Below are positions 37,229-47,126 of a stretch of 64,000 bases of DNA, piece after piece. The position numbers were made by a program, and so were the translations under genes. Under the pieces are notes generated by a model that saw only the letters and a program-made list of their open reading frames with translations, did not search any database and was not told where the DNA came from. Position 1 is the first letter of the stretch, and each line of letters begins with the position of its first letter. The stretch is from an uncultured Lachnospiraceae bacterium (GTDB lineage: Bacteria; Bacillota; Clostridia; Lachnospirales; Lachnospiraceae), in NCBI GenBank assembly GCA_902795795.1, contig CADBMM010000105.1, positions 1,382 to 65,381 on the forward strand. Direction: 5' to 3'.

Positions 37229-40131
37229 AAAAAGCATTAATACATTTCTTCAGTCACAGAACTTCGTTCATCCTTGCTGTTTTTGCAATAATGAGCGCTG
37301 TTCTTGTCATACGCCTTTTCCAGCTTCAGATAATTCACGGAGAGGAATACGCCAACAGCTTCAACGAGATAACGACAAAATCCAGAAAGCTAAAAAGCAC
37401 ACGTGGAAATATATATGATGTCAACGGAACCCTTCTTGCTTATAACGAGCTTTCAAATTCCGTTACCCTCGAAGACAGTGGATCATATGAGACTACCCGT
37501 GAAAAAAGGCTGTCGCTTAACGGTGAGATCTATAAGATCATAAAGATCATCGAGGGCAATGGCGATACCATGGTCAACGATTTTCATATTACGATCGATG
37601 AGAATGACAATTATATTTTCGACGTGGGGGAAGGCACTACAAGAGACAGATTCCGTGCCGATATTTTTGGTCTGCAGATGATAGATCAGATGACCCCCAG
37701 CCAGAAAAATTCCACGCCTGATGATATCATGGAGCTTTTGTGCAGTGATGAACGTTTCGGGCTTTATGACGAGGATGATCCGTATACTTCTGAGGAGCTA
37801 AGAAAATACGGCCTTCCCGAGAAGCTTACAAAAAAGGAAGAGCTTGAGATAATAATCGTAAGGTATCAGCTTTCCCTTACCAGCTTCCAGAGATTCGTTC
37901 AGGTAACGATCGCTGAAGATGTCAGCGACAGGACAGTTGCGCAGATAAAGGAAAATCAGGATGTGCTGACCGGAGTTGCAATAGAAGAGGACTCCATAAG
38001 GGTATATGACCATGCTGTTGCCATGGCTTCCATTATAGGATATACCGGAAAGCCCTCACGTGAAGAACTGGAAGCGCTTCAGGCGCAAAGAGGCGATTAT
38101 TCGTATGAATCCATAATCGGCAAGGACGGAATCGAAAGAGCTATGGAAACTACTCTGCAGGGCGTTGACGGCTCTGAGGACGTTGCCGTGGATAACCTGG
38201 GTAAGGTTCTTGACATATTTGAGGAATCACGTGTTGAGCCCAGGCAGGGAGACGACGTGTATCTGACCATAGATGTAGGTCTTCAGGAAGCCTGCTATAA
38301 TATCCTTGAACAGAGAATAGCGGGTATACTTATATCTAATATTAAAAACATCAAATATGTTGAAGAAGACGATAGCGATCCTGACGACCCGAATTACATC
38401 ATTCCGATACCGATCTATGATGTCTATAATGCTCTGATCGAAAATAATGTAATAGATATCACTCATTTCCAGGCTTTGGATGCATCATCTATGGAAGGAT
38501 ATGTTCGCGCGCTTTTCAATGATCAGCGTAACTCGGTTTTTGCCTGGATCGAATATATGATCTGTTCCGGAGACGGCACGATCTATAACGATCTTCCTAA
38601 GGAAAATCAGGAATATCTCACTTATGTCGTTGATGAGCTTATGACTGACGAAATGAAGCTTATCAAACTGGAAGGCGATTATTATAACGACGATTATTAC
38701 AAAGCATGGATGGCCGGCGGCCTTTCCATTCATACTTATCTTGAACATTGTATTTCCGAAAACATGATAGATCTGACGCAGCTTACCGGAGATAATGCAT
38801 ATCTGTCATCAGGAGAGCTTTATCAGGCTATATCGGATTATGTGCTTGATTATATGCTGACGGATACCATTTACGCTGAGCTTCAATACAAGCATATGAT
38901 CTTTAATGATATCCTTACTCCGGAAATGCTGGTCCAGATACTTTATGATCAGGGTATTCTTTCGACTGAAAGAGATACATTTGCATATTATGCTGCCGGA
39001 ATATACTCCGCTGCGGATGTGGTAAAAGACGCGATCAACAATCTGTATATCACTCCTGCGCAGCTTGCGCTTGATCCATGTTCGGGTTCTATGGTCGTGA
39101 CAGACCCGAATACAGGAGCTGTGAGAGCCCTCGTATCTTATCCCGGATATGATAACAATAAGCTTGCCAATGAAATGGATACCGATTATTATTACAAGCT
39201 GTATTACGACGAGTCATCGCCATTCTATAATAAGGCTACGATGCAGCTTACTGCGCCCGGATCCACTTTCAAACCGGTAATGGCAGCAGCGGGGCTTAAC
39301 GAAGGTGTCGTAAATACTGATTCACTGATAAATTGCAATGGCCTTTTCGGTGAAGGACTTGTAGAAAAAGGAGACCAGCTGCACTGCTGGTATCTGACAG
39401 GTCACGGAAATCTGAATACAGAACTTGCACTTACAAACTCGTGCAACGTATATTTCTGTACGGTAGGTTTCCTGATGGGAATAGATCAAAACGGAATTTA
39501 TTCCCCGGAGCTGTCGCTGCTAAAAATACAGCAGTATTCGTCATTGTTTAATCTGGACAAGGGTACCAATCTGCAGATCACCGAATCCGATCCATATGTT
39601 TCGGATGCGCTGCCGATACCTTCATCTATCGGACAGGGCACGCATCTGTACACGACCACACAGCTTGCCAGATTTGCAGGCACGATAAGAAATAATGGTT
39701 TAAGCTATAACCTGAACCTTATATCAAAGGTGACTGATTCAAACGGAAACACGCTGATGGAATTTGCTCCTGTGGCAACAAAGACAGCGGATTTTCCGGA
39801 TTTCATATGGGACACGATCAAAAACGGAATGCGCGGTGTGGTCACTACAAAGGAAGTGTTCAACAATTATCCGGTCATGCTTTATGGCAAGACCGGTACG
39901 GCCGAGGAATCCACCGATCGTCCTAACCACGCGTTGTTCATAGGTTTCGCTAACTATCGTTCAGGTGAAGATATTGCTTTTGCGACCAGGATCGCTTATG
40001 GCTATTCATCTACAAATGCTATCATGGTTGCAAAGGATATGCTCAGCTATTATTACGGACTTGCTGACGAGAACTCGATAATTACACACAGGGCTGCTAC
40101 TGACGGACTTAACGGTATAGTTACAGACTGA
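37213..40131 (+). CDS. mrdA: Penicillin-binding protein 2 (class B transpeptidase), unusually long at 972 aa
   Basis: N-terminal TM anchor, PBP-dimer domain, and the SxxK (GSTFKP), SxN (NSCN) and KTG (GKTGTAE) motifs. The start is uncertain: TTG at 37213 lies 13 nt after GGGAGG, and no in-frame ATG precedes the TM helix. Confidence 0.85.
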   Translation: MASKIKKALIHFFSHRTSFILAVFAIMSAVLVIRLFQLQIIHGEEYANSFNEITTKSRKLKSTRGNIYDVNGTLLAYNELSNSVTLEDSGSYETTREKRLSLNGEIYKIIKIIEGNGDTMVNDFHITIDENDNYIFDVGEGTTRDRFRADIFGLQMIDQMTPSQKNSTPDDIMELLCSDERFGLYDEDDPYTSEELRKYGLPEKLTKKEELEIIIVRYQLSLTSFQRFVQVTIAEDVSDRTVAQIKENQDVLTGVAIEEDSIRVYDHAVAMASIIGYTGKPSREELEALQAQRGDYSYESIIGKDGIERAMETTLQGVDGSEDVAVDNLGKVLDIFEESRVEPRQGDDVYLTIDVGLQEACYNILEQRIAGILISNIKNIKYVEEDDSDPDDPNYIIPIPIYDVYNALIENNVIDITHFQALDASSMEGYVRALFNDQRNSVFAWIEYMICSGDGTIYNDLPKENQEYLTYVVDELMTDEMKLIKLEGDYYNDDYYKAWMAGGLSIHTYLEHCISENMIDLTQLTGDNAYLSSGELYQAISDYVLDYMLTDTIYAELQYKHMIFNDILTPEMLVQILYDQGILSTERDTFAYYAAGIYSAADVVKDAINNLYITPAQLALDPCSGSMVVTDPNTGAVRALVSYPGYDNNKLANEMDTDYYYKLYYDESSPFYNKATMQLTAPGSTFKPVMAAAGLNEGVVNTDSLINCNGLFGEGLVEKGDQLHCWYLTGHGNLNTELALTNSCNVYFCTVGFLMGIDQNGIYSPELSLLKIQQYSSLFNLDKGTNLQITESDPYVSDALPIPSSIGQGTHLYTTTQLARFAGTIRNNGLSYNLNLISKVTDSNGNTLMEFAPVATKTADFPDFIWDTIKNGMRGVVTTKEVFNNYPVMLYGKTGTAEESTDRPNHALFIGFANYRSGEDIAFATRIAYGYSSTNAIMVAKDMLSYYYGLADENSIITHRAATDGLNGIVTD

Positions 40132-40146
40132 CCGTATTCGGAAAAC

Positions 40147-41310
40147 ATGCTTAGAAGATACAGAATTAAAGATATCAATTTCATACTTATCATTACTTTG
40201 GCTGTTATAGGCTTTATCGGCGTATTGCTTGTAGGCTCGGCGGATAAAACGCTTCAGACAAGGCAGGCGCTTGGATTGGTTGCGGGAATAGTGATCATGC
40301 TGTTCGTAGCCTTCATAGATTACAGCTGGGTACTTAATTTCTACTGGATCATATATGTCGTGAATCTGGCTCTGCTCGGCTGGGTCGCCATTATGGGCAG
40401 GGTAACAAATGGAGCTTCGAGATGGATGTCCATCGGCGGAGAAAAAGGTATAGTATTCCAGCCGACGGAGCTGTCAAAGATATTGCTGATCCTGTTCTTT
40501 TCCATGTTTCTGATGAAGCATGAAAATGATCTGAACACCTTTGCAACATTATTGAAGGCGGTCATTCTTATGGTAATACCTGTAGGACTTGTCGCCGCCC
40601 AGCCTGACCTGAAAAACGCCATCACATTAACTTTGCTTTTCTGCATAATAATGTATGCGGCCGGTCTTTCTTATAAGATCATAGGCAAGGTGCTGCTTGT
40701 TGTAGTACCTCTTTTCCTGGTAATCTTTGTGTTGATAACTCAGACCGATCTTCCCATACTTGATGATTATCAGAAGCAGAGGATCATGACGTTCCTGGAA
40801 CCGGAGAATGAAGAATACAGCGAGTCCGCCAACCAGCAGAACAGTTCTGTTACGGCCATAGGAAGCGGGCAGCTGACCGGAAAGGGCCTTGATAATTCTG
40901 ATGTGGCCTCATCGAATAAAGGTAACTATGTTGCCGAGACTCAGAACGATTTCATCTTCGCGGTAGCGGGAGAGGAACTTGGCTTTGTCGGTTGTGTTGC
41001 TATAATTCTGCTCCTGTTCCTTATAGTTGCGCTATGTATATCTACGGGAAATAAAGCAAAGGATCTGTCCGGACGCCTGATATGTACCGGCGTGGCATCG
41101 CTTGTTGCCTTGCAGAGTTTTATTAACATATGCGTAGCGACCGGTATCCTGCCAAATACAGGAACCCCTCTGCCGTTTATAAGTTATGGCCTTACTTCTC
41201 TTATAAGTCTGTTCGTCGGTATGGGCTTTGTGCTTAATGTAGGACTCCAGAAAAGACGGTACGATAAGGAACCGGGACTTAAAAGATATGATTCCATGCT
41301 GTACAGATAA
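40147..41310 (+). CDS. rodA: SEDS-family peptidoglycan polymerase RodA (FtsW/RodA/SpoVE)
   Basis: A 10-TM SEDS pattern with QPTELSKI, DLKNA, ETQNDFIFAVAGEELGF and LPFISYG motifs, adjacent to pbp2. Confidence 0.85.
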   Translation: MLRRYRIKDINFILIITLAVIGFIGVLLVGSADKTLQTRQALGLVAGIVIMLFVAFIDYSWVLNFYWIIYVVNLALLGWVAIMGRVTNGASRWMSIGGEKGIVFQPTELSKILLILFFSMFLMKHENDLNTFATLLKAVILMVIPVGLVAAQPDLKNAITLTLLFCIIMYAAGLSYKIIGKVLLVVVPLFLVIFVLITQTDLPILDDYQKQRIMTFLEPENEEYSESANQQNSSVTAIGSGQLTGKGLDNSDVASSNKGNYVAETQNDFIFAVAGEELGFVGCVAIILLLFLIVALCISTGNKAKDLSGRLICTGVASLVALQSFINICVATGILPNTGTPLPFISYGLTSLISLFVGMGFVLNVGLQKRRYDKEPGLKRYDSMLYR

Positions 41311-41319
41311 GGACTGTTT

Positions 41320-42333
41320 ATGGCAAAAAAGAAAAAGAAGAAGAAAAAACAAATAAATATATGGAATATCCTGCTTCTTGCGGTCATATTAGCTATAGTA
41401 GCTCTGGTCATAGCGCTCGTTTTTGCTTTTTCAGGCAGGAAGAACGAAATAGATGTAAGCAATTCCTATTCGCCTGCAGGACTCGAAAACCGGGATTATT
41501 CTTATGCCGGGACATTTGCGGATAATTATGCGGTTCCACCCTCATCGCTTGTTCTAGACGGAGTAGTGCTGCATTCACAGTCTGAAAGAGGACTGCTGAT
41601 CAATACCGATACGAATGAAGGACTTTTTGCCCAGAGTATATATGACAGGATCTATCCGGCCAGCATAACCAAGTTAATGACCGCCATTCTGGTTTGCAAA
41701 TACGGAAACATGTCGGATGTTGTCGTCATGGATCCATCCGATTTTTATCTTGAACCGGATTCGCAGGTGTCAGGGATGATAGAAGGCGACATCGTAACGA
41801 TGAAACAGCTTTTCTATGCCCTTGTAGTATATTCGGCAAATGACGCTGCAAATGCGATCGCCCGGCATATAGCAGGATCTGTGCCTGCGTTTGTAGACAT
41901 GATGAATAACGAAGCAAAAAGCCTCGGTATGTCAGGCACGCATTTTGAAAATGCCCATGGGCTTCATTCGAATAATCATTATACAACGGCGTACGATATA
42001 TATCTTATGCTTAATGAAGCTATTAAATACCAGGAATTTACTGATGCGATGCGTCTTAGCTTTTATGATCTTGAGATCACAAGAGCAGACGGCTCATATG
42101 TATATTATGAATTAGGTTCTACCGATCATTACCTGACAGGAGAAGCGGCACTTCCTGAAGGAGTTTATATACTGGCAGGCAAAACAGGAACAACTGAACA
42201 GGCCGGAAACTGCCTGGCTCTGGCAGTACAAAATAAAAAAGGAGTGCTGTTTATTGCCGAAATATTAAATGCCTCTACAAAGGATGAGCTGTATGCGGAC
42301 ATGACGGCTTTGCTAAGCCACATCAATGATTAA
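41320..42333 (+). CDS. D-alanyl-D-alanine carboxypeptidase (S11, PBP5-like) with a poly-Lys N terminus
   Basis: SxxK (ASITKLM), SxN (YSANDA) and KTG (GKTGTT) motifs. The N terminus is MAKKKKKKKKQ followed by a TM anchor. Confidence 0.85.
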   Translation: MAKKKKKKKKQINIWNILLLAVILAIVALVIALVFAFSGRKNEIDVSNSYSPAGLENRDYSYAGTFADNYAVPPSSLVLDGVVLHSQSERGLLINTDTNEGLFAQSIYDRIYPASITKLMTAILVCKYGNMSDVVVMDPSDFYLEPDSQVSGMIEGDIVTMKQLFYALVVYSANDAANAIARHIAGSVPAFVDMMNNEAKSLGMSGTHFENAHGLHSNNHYTTAYDIYLMLNEAIKYQEFTDAMRLSFYDLEITRADGSYVYYELGSTDHYLTGEAALPEGVYILAGKTGTTEQAGNCLALAVQNKKGVLFIAEILNASTKDELYADMTALLSHIND

Positions 42334-42416
42334 TTTTTATCTTTCTTTTACTTGAGTTTTACACTGGCATTATATATAATAATTTTATCTTAAAAGACAA
42401 CAGGAGGAAATTGCGC

Positions 42417-42842
42417 ATGGTGCAGTTGATCGTCGGAAACAGAGGAAAAGGAAAAACAAAATACCTTCTCGACAGCGTCAATGAAGCAATGAAGAACGCT
42501 TCCGGAAACATTGTTTATATCGACAAAAGTTTAAAGAACATGTATGAGCTTAATAATAAGATAAGGCTCATCGATGTATCTCCCTATCCGGTGAAAGGAT
42601 ATGACCAGCTTGAAGGCTTTATCTGTGGCGTGCTTTCACAGGATCATGATATCGAAGCTATTTATATCGACGGTTTTTCATATATCGCTGACATTAAAGA
42701 TACAAAAGCAGACCTTGATACAGCTATCAGCCAGATAGAAAAGATCAGCTCTATGTTCAATGTGGATTTCGTTATCAGCATTTCCAGCGACAAGAGCGAG
42801 CTCAGTGAAGAAGTTCAGAAGAAGATAATGGTAGCTTTATAA
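42417..42842 (+). CDS. Small (141 aa) P-loop NTPase-like protein of unknown function
   Basis: Walker A-like GNRGKGKT at residues 7-14 and Walker B-like AIYIDGF. The ATG at 42417 is 8 nt after AGGAGG, while the ORF-track TTG at 42411 is too close to the RBS. Confidence 0.5.
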   Translation: MVQLIVGNRGKGKTKYLLDSVNEAMKNASGNIVYIDKSLKNMYELNNKIRLIDVSPYPVKGYDQLEGFICGVLSQDHDIEAIYIDGFSYIADIKDTKADLDTAISQIEKISSMFNVDFVISISSDKSELSEEVQKKIMVAL

Positions 42843-42843
42843 A

Positions 42844-44163
42844 ATGAAACGTCCGAGATTCAGATTCAATCTGAATATTGGAACTGCTATTTTCGGTGCG
42901 ATATTCATATATCTTATTATTACTTTTTTCCTATTTATATCGCATCGTCATGTGGAAACATATCAAGTGATTATCGGACCCCTGTCCGGAAACGAAACGA
43001 CAACGGCTCTCATCCTGAGGGATGAAGATCTGTGCATGTCTACTACGGCAGGCTACGTTAATCACTTTGTTTCTAATGGTTCAAAAACAGGTAAGGGGCA
43101 GCTTGTCTGTGCCGTTACTTCTGATGTTGTGCCCAGCGAATATAAAAGCCTGCAGCCATCAGAGTACGCTGAATTGCGTAAGCTTGCATCCAGCGCCTCC
43201 AGATCTTATAACAATGTCCATTTCGACACGGTCAGCGATCTTAAATTTGATATTCTGAGCACATTGTGGAATGCAGATGCTGTTTCTGCATCATCCGGTA
43301 ATTTTTATAAATCGATAAGTGACGGATATATATCATATTCGGCTGACGGATACTCCTATACAGAAGAGAATGAGCTTACTGCAGATGACTTCAAGACTGT
43401 TGCCTACACCATCCCTAAGATCGGCAACCAGTCTGTAGTCGACTCGGGAGGCGCTCTTTACCGTCTTACATACGGGGAGAACTGGAACATATATTTCCCG
43501 ATAACAGACAAACAGACTATCAGACTCGCTGAACTGTCCAATCTGCGTATAAAATTTTTAAAAGACGGTACTTTTGAATCAGGGAAACTTACATTTTTCC
43601 AGAATAACGGCCAGCGTTTTGCAAGGATCACCATGAGTTCCGGCATGTACAGATATCTGGATGAACGTTTTGTGGATATTGAGCTGATCACAAACAATAA
43701 GGTAGGACTCAAACTGCCTGTCTCAGCTATAGTTAAAAAAGATTTTTACATTATTCCTTCCGAATTCATCGTATTCTCCGATAACGAAGAAGCCGGAGTA
43801 TATGTGGAAACAAGGCAGGAAGACGGTTCTGTACAGAGAGCTTTCCGGGAGATAACTCTGTATGCTGAGATTGAAAATTCCGAAACCGGAAAGACATACT
43901 GCTATGCGGATATGTCTGAGTTCAAGGATTCTGACGTTCTTGCCAATCCGTCTACAAATGAAAGATATCAGATATCTGAAACAGGTACTCTCGATGGCGT
44001 TTATTGTGTTAACAAAGGCTATACCGTTTTCAGAAAGATATCACTTATAGACAGAAATGATGAGTATTGTATCGTGGAAACGGGTACGACCTATGGCCTT
44101 TCCCAATATGACTATATTGTAAAAAACGGACAAAGCGTAAAGGAGTCGGATATAATTTACTGA
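42844..44163 (+). CDS. Membrane-anchored protein with HlyD/biotin-lipoyl-like barrel-sandwich features, function unknown
   Basis: N-terminal TM segment IGTAIFGAIFIYLIITFFLFI. An ETYQV...AGYVNHFVSNGSKTGKGQLVCAV hairpin motif is matched by a C-terminal IVKNGQSVKESDIIY. The start lies 1 nt after the stop of the P-loop gene. Confidence 0.4.
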   Translation: MKRPRFRFNLNIGTAIFGAIFIYLIITFFLFISHRHVETYQVIIGPLSGNETTTALILRDEDLCMSTTAGYVNHFVSNGSKTGKGQLVCAVTSDVVPSEYKSLQPSEYAELRKLASSASRSYNNVHFDTVSDLKFDILSTLWNADAVSASSGNFYKSISDGYISYSADGYSYTEENELTADDFKTVAYTIPKIGNQSVVDSGGALYRLTYGENWNIYFPITDKQTIRLAELSNLRIKFLKDGTFESGKLTFFQNNGQRFARITMSSGMYRYLDERFVDIELITNNKVGLKLPVSAIVKKDFYIIPSEFIVFSDNEEAGVYVETRQEDGSVQRAFREITLYAEIENSETGKTYCYADMSEFKDSDVLANPSTNERYQISETGTLDGVYCVNKGYTVFRKISLIDRNDEYCIVETGTTYGLSQYDYIVKNGQSVKESDIIY

Positions 44164-44867
44164 TGATTGAAAATAATTATAAAAATGTAATTGAAAGAAT
44201 AGATAACGCATGCAGGAAAGCCGGAAGAGACAGATCGGAAGTCAGGCTTATCGCTGTGAGCAAAACGAAACCTGCCGATGATATAAAACAGGTCTACGAT
44301 ATGGGGCAGAGGATATTCGGTGAGAATAAAGTCCAGGAGCTTTGCGGAAAGGTACCTCAGCTTCCGGAAGATATCGAGTGGCACCTCATAGGTCATTTGC
44401 AGCAGAACAAGGTGAAATATCTCATGGAAAACACTGCAATGATCCATTCCGTAGATTCGTTCAGACTGGCGGAAACGATTTCAAAAGAAGCGCAGAAGCA
44501 TAATAAGGTCATGCCTGTGCTTCTTGAGATCAATGTAGCAGAAGAGGAAAGCAAATTCGGTATAGCTGCATCTGAAGCGGAAGAAATGGTCAGACAGATA
44601 AGTGCCTTGCCGGGAGTAGAGATCCGCGGATTTATGACCGTTGCTCCCTTTGTAGATGACCCTGAAGAGAACAGGTGGGTTTTCAGGGAATTGAAGCAAT
44701 TATGTGTTGACATAAATAATAAAAATATAAATAATATTAAAATGAACGAATTGAGTATGGGCATGACAAACGATTTTGAGATAGCAATAGAAGAGGGAGC
44801 AACGTTTGTCAGAGTCGGTACCGCTATTTTCGGTGAACGGGATTATTCTAAGATTGGGGCTATGTGA
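44163..44867 (+). CDS. yggS: YggS/YlmE family pyridoxal-phosphate homeostasis protein
   Basis: LIAVSKTKP (PLP lysine), FGENKVQE, HLIGHLQQNK and LSMGMTNDFE motifs. Confidence 0.9.
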   Translation: MIENNYKNVIERIDNACRKAGRDRSEVRLIAVSKTKPADDIKQVYDMGQRIFGENKVQELCGKVPQLPEDIEWHLIGHLQQNKVKYLMENTAMIHSVDSFRLAETISKEAQKHNKVMPVLLEINVAEEESKFGIAASEAEEMVRQISALPGVEIRGFMTVAPFVDDPEENRWVFRELKQLCVDINNKNINNIKMNELSMGMTNDFEIAIEEGATFVRVGTAIFGERDYSKIGAM

Positions 44868-44869
44868 AC

Positions 44870-45550
44870 ATGGGAGTATTTGATAAGTTTTTAAATGCGA
44901 TCCGCATTAATGATGACGATTACGAAGATGATGAGTTTTATGATGAGGACGATGTAGAAGAAGAGGCTCCTGCAGCACCTAAACCGCGGAGAAAACTTTT
45001 CAGCCGCCATTCAAAAAATGAAAAAGATGATTATTTAGACGATGATGATGATTTTGAAGAGCCTGCCGCCAGACCGAAACAGGCCGCTGCACCGCGTCAG
45101 ACTTCTGTTCCGCGTCAGAGTACTATTACGCGTCAGACTGCTGCACCGCATATGACAGAAACACCGAAACCATTTACTGCGACACCTGCATCATCAGCTT
45201 CATTTAAGCAGCCGGTAAAAAACAACACGACCAAAGTTACTCCGATAAGGAAAAAGAACGGATCCCCGATGGAAGTCTTTGTTATTAAGCCGGTTTCAAT
45301 GGAAGACACACGCGAGATAGCGGATACCCTTCTTTCAGGATGTACGGTCGTTCTTAATCTTGAAGGGATCGATGTAGAGCTGGCTCAAAGAGTTATTGAT
45401 TTCACTTCGGGATCCTGTTATTCCATTGACGGTTCTCTTCAGAAGGTATCAAGTTATATATTCATACTTACTCCGGCAAACGTCGAGATATCCGGCGACA
45501 TAACCGATATCCTTGGCGGAACAGCCTTTTCATATTCGAATATAAGATGA
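44870..45550 (+). CDS. sepF: Cell division protein SepF
   Basis: MGVFDKFLNAI membrane-targeting helix, long acidic/Pro-rich linker, and conserved core VFVIKPVSMEDTREIADTLLSGCTVVLNLEG. The ATG at 44870 is preferred to the GTG at 44864. Confidence 0.85.
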   Translation: MGVFDKFLNAIRINDDDYEDDEFYDEDDVEEEAPAAPKPRRKLFSRHSKNEKDDYLDDDDDFEEPAARPKQAAAPRQTSVPRQSTITRQTAAPHMTETPKPFTATPASSASFKQPVKNNTTKVTPIRKKNGSPMEVFVIKPVSMEDTREIADTLLSGCTVVLNLEGIDVELAQRVIDFTSGSCYSIDGSLQKVSSYIFILTPANVEISGDITDILGGTAFSYSNIR

Positions 45551-46089
45551 CCGATACAGAGAGCCTGAAGCAGGAACAATACAACAGATCGATCTATTTA
45601 AAGCTTGCTGTTCTTGCCCTGATACTGATCATTTTTGATCAGCTGATGAAATATGCGGCTGTCATCAAGCTGAAAGGTAATCAGCCGTTCGTTCTTATTG
45701 AGAACGTTCTTGAACTGCATTACCTTGAAAATCAGGGAGCTGCATTCGGGATGCTGCAGAACAGACAGATCTTTTTCAGCATTATTACATTGATATTTAT
45801 TGCCGCATCTGTTTATGTGATCATTAAAATTCCGAAGAGAAGATATTATCTTCCGTTTATGATCACTGTTTGCGTGCTGTTTTCCGGTGCGATCGGAAAT
45901 TTTATCGACAGGCTTACAAAAAAATATGTAGTAGATTTTATATATTTTTCGATTATCGATTTTCCTGTTTTTAACGTTGCGGATATCTATGTAACGCTGT
46001 CGGTAATAGCACTTGCCTTAATGATAATATTTAAATATAAAGACAATGATTTTGACTTTATGAAGATCTCAGGTATAAGCAGGAAATGA
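45547..46089 (+). CDS. lspA: Lipoprotein signal peptidase (signal peptidase II)
   Basis: YLENQGAAFGML, GAIGNFIDR, VVDFI and FNVADI motifs. Confidence 0.9.
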   Translation: MTDTESLKQEQYNRSIYLKLAVLALILIIFDQLMKYAAVIKLKGNQPFVLIENVLELHYLENQGAAFGMLQNRQIFFSIITLIFIAASVYVIIKIPKRRYYLPFMITVCVLFSGAIGNFIDRLTKKYVVDFIYFSIIDFPVFNVADIYVTLSVIALALMIIFKYKDNDFDFMKISGISRK

Positions 46090-47000
46090 ATAAGATATTA
46101 TTAACTGCAAAAGAGCCGGACCGCGGGAAACGGGTCGACTCTTTTTTGGCGGAAGAACTGGAAGATATTTCTCGTTCTTATATTAAAAAACTTATCGATG
46201 GCGGAGGGGTTACCGTAAACGGAGCTTCTGTCAAAGCATCATTTAAATTAAAAGAAGATGATGAAGTATGTTTTGAGCTTCCTGAAGATCAGTCGCCGGA
46301 CATAATTCCGGAAGAGATACCGCTTGATATTCTTTACGAGGATGACGATATACTGATCGTAAACAAGCCTAAAGGCATGGTCGTTCATCCTGCCGCAGGA
46401 CATTATTCGGGAACCCTTGTAAATGCCTTGCTTTATTATCTTGACGGACGACTGTCGGGAATAAACGGAGTGCTTCGGCCAGGAATAGTTCACAGAATAG
46501 ATAAGAACACTACCGGATCACTTATCGTCTGCAAAAACGATGCGGCCCATAAAGGAATGGCTGATCTGCTCGCCGTGCATGATATAGACAGGAAGTACCT
46601 TGCAATAGTTCACGGGCATTTCAAGGACCTGGAGTTTACTATAGATAAACCTGTCGGCCGCAGCCGCACCAACAGAAAAAAGATGGCTGTTGATCCTGAA
46701 AAGGGCAGAAGAGCAATAACTCATGTAAAGGTGCTTCAGGAACTTGGCGTTTATTCTCTGATAGAATGTACTCTCGAGACCGGAAGAACTCATCAGATCA
46801 GAGTCCATCTTGCTTCGATAGGGCATCCTGTTCTCGGGGATGATGTTTACGGTCCTGCAAAATGTCCGGTCAAAGGGCTGGAAGGGCAGACCCTGCACGC
46901 ATATTATCTTGGATTCAGGCATCCGTGTACCGGGAAATACATTTCTGTTTACGCACCAGTCCCTGATTATTTTGCAAGACTGATCTCCTTGTACAAATGA
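46086..47000 (+). CDS. rluD: RluA-family 23S rRNA pseudouridine synthase (RluD-like)
   Basis: N-terminal S4 domain, HRIDKNTTGSLIVCKND catalytic Asp motif and TGRTHQIRVH. It follows lspA, as in Bacillus. Confidence 0.9.
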   Translation: MNKILLTAKEPDRGKRVDSFLAEELEDISRSYIKKLIDGGGVTVNGASVKASFKLKEDDEVCFELPEDQSPDIIPEEIPLDILYEDDDILIVNKPKGMVVHPAAGHYSGTLVNALLYYLDGRLSGINGVLRPGIVHRIDKNTTGSLIVCKNDAAHKGMADLLAVHDIDRKYLAIVHGHFKDLEFTIDKPVGRSRTNRKKMAVDPEKGRRAITHVKVLQELGVYSLIECTLETGRTHQIRVHLASIGHPVLGDDVYGPAKCPVKGLEGQTLHAYYLGFRHPCTGKYISVYAPVPDYFARLISLYK

Positions 47001-47126
47001 CTTCTCTGTGATACTATATTATATGAATGATATCGCAAAAGCAGAAGAGCAAATTTTTAAAGCACCATATGCAGCAGGTCCGGAGCAAGTCCGGTATAGA
47101 TGTAATTCATGAAAGGATAAATTGTT

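Noticed and set aside
41320-41352. Homopurine tract (AAAAAAGAAAAAGAAGAAGAAAAAAC) at the 5' end of the DD-carboxypeptidase gene as a phase-variation switch.
   Set aside because: The A-runs are short (5-6 nt) and interrupted. The tract encodes an in-frame poly-Lys cytoplasmic anchor preceding the TM helix. There is no evidence of slippage from a single sequence.
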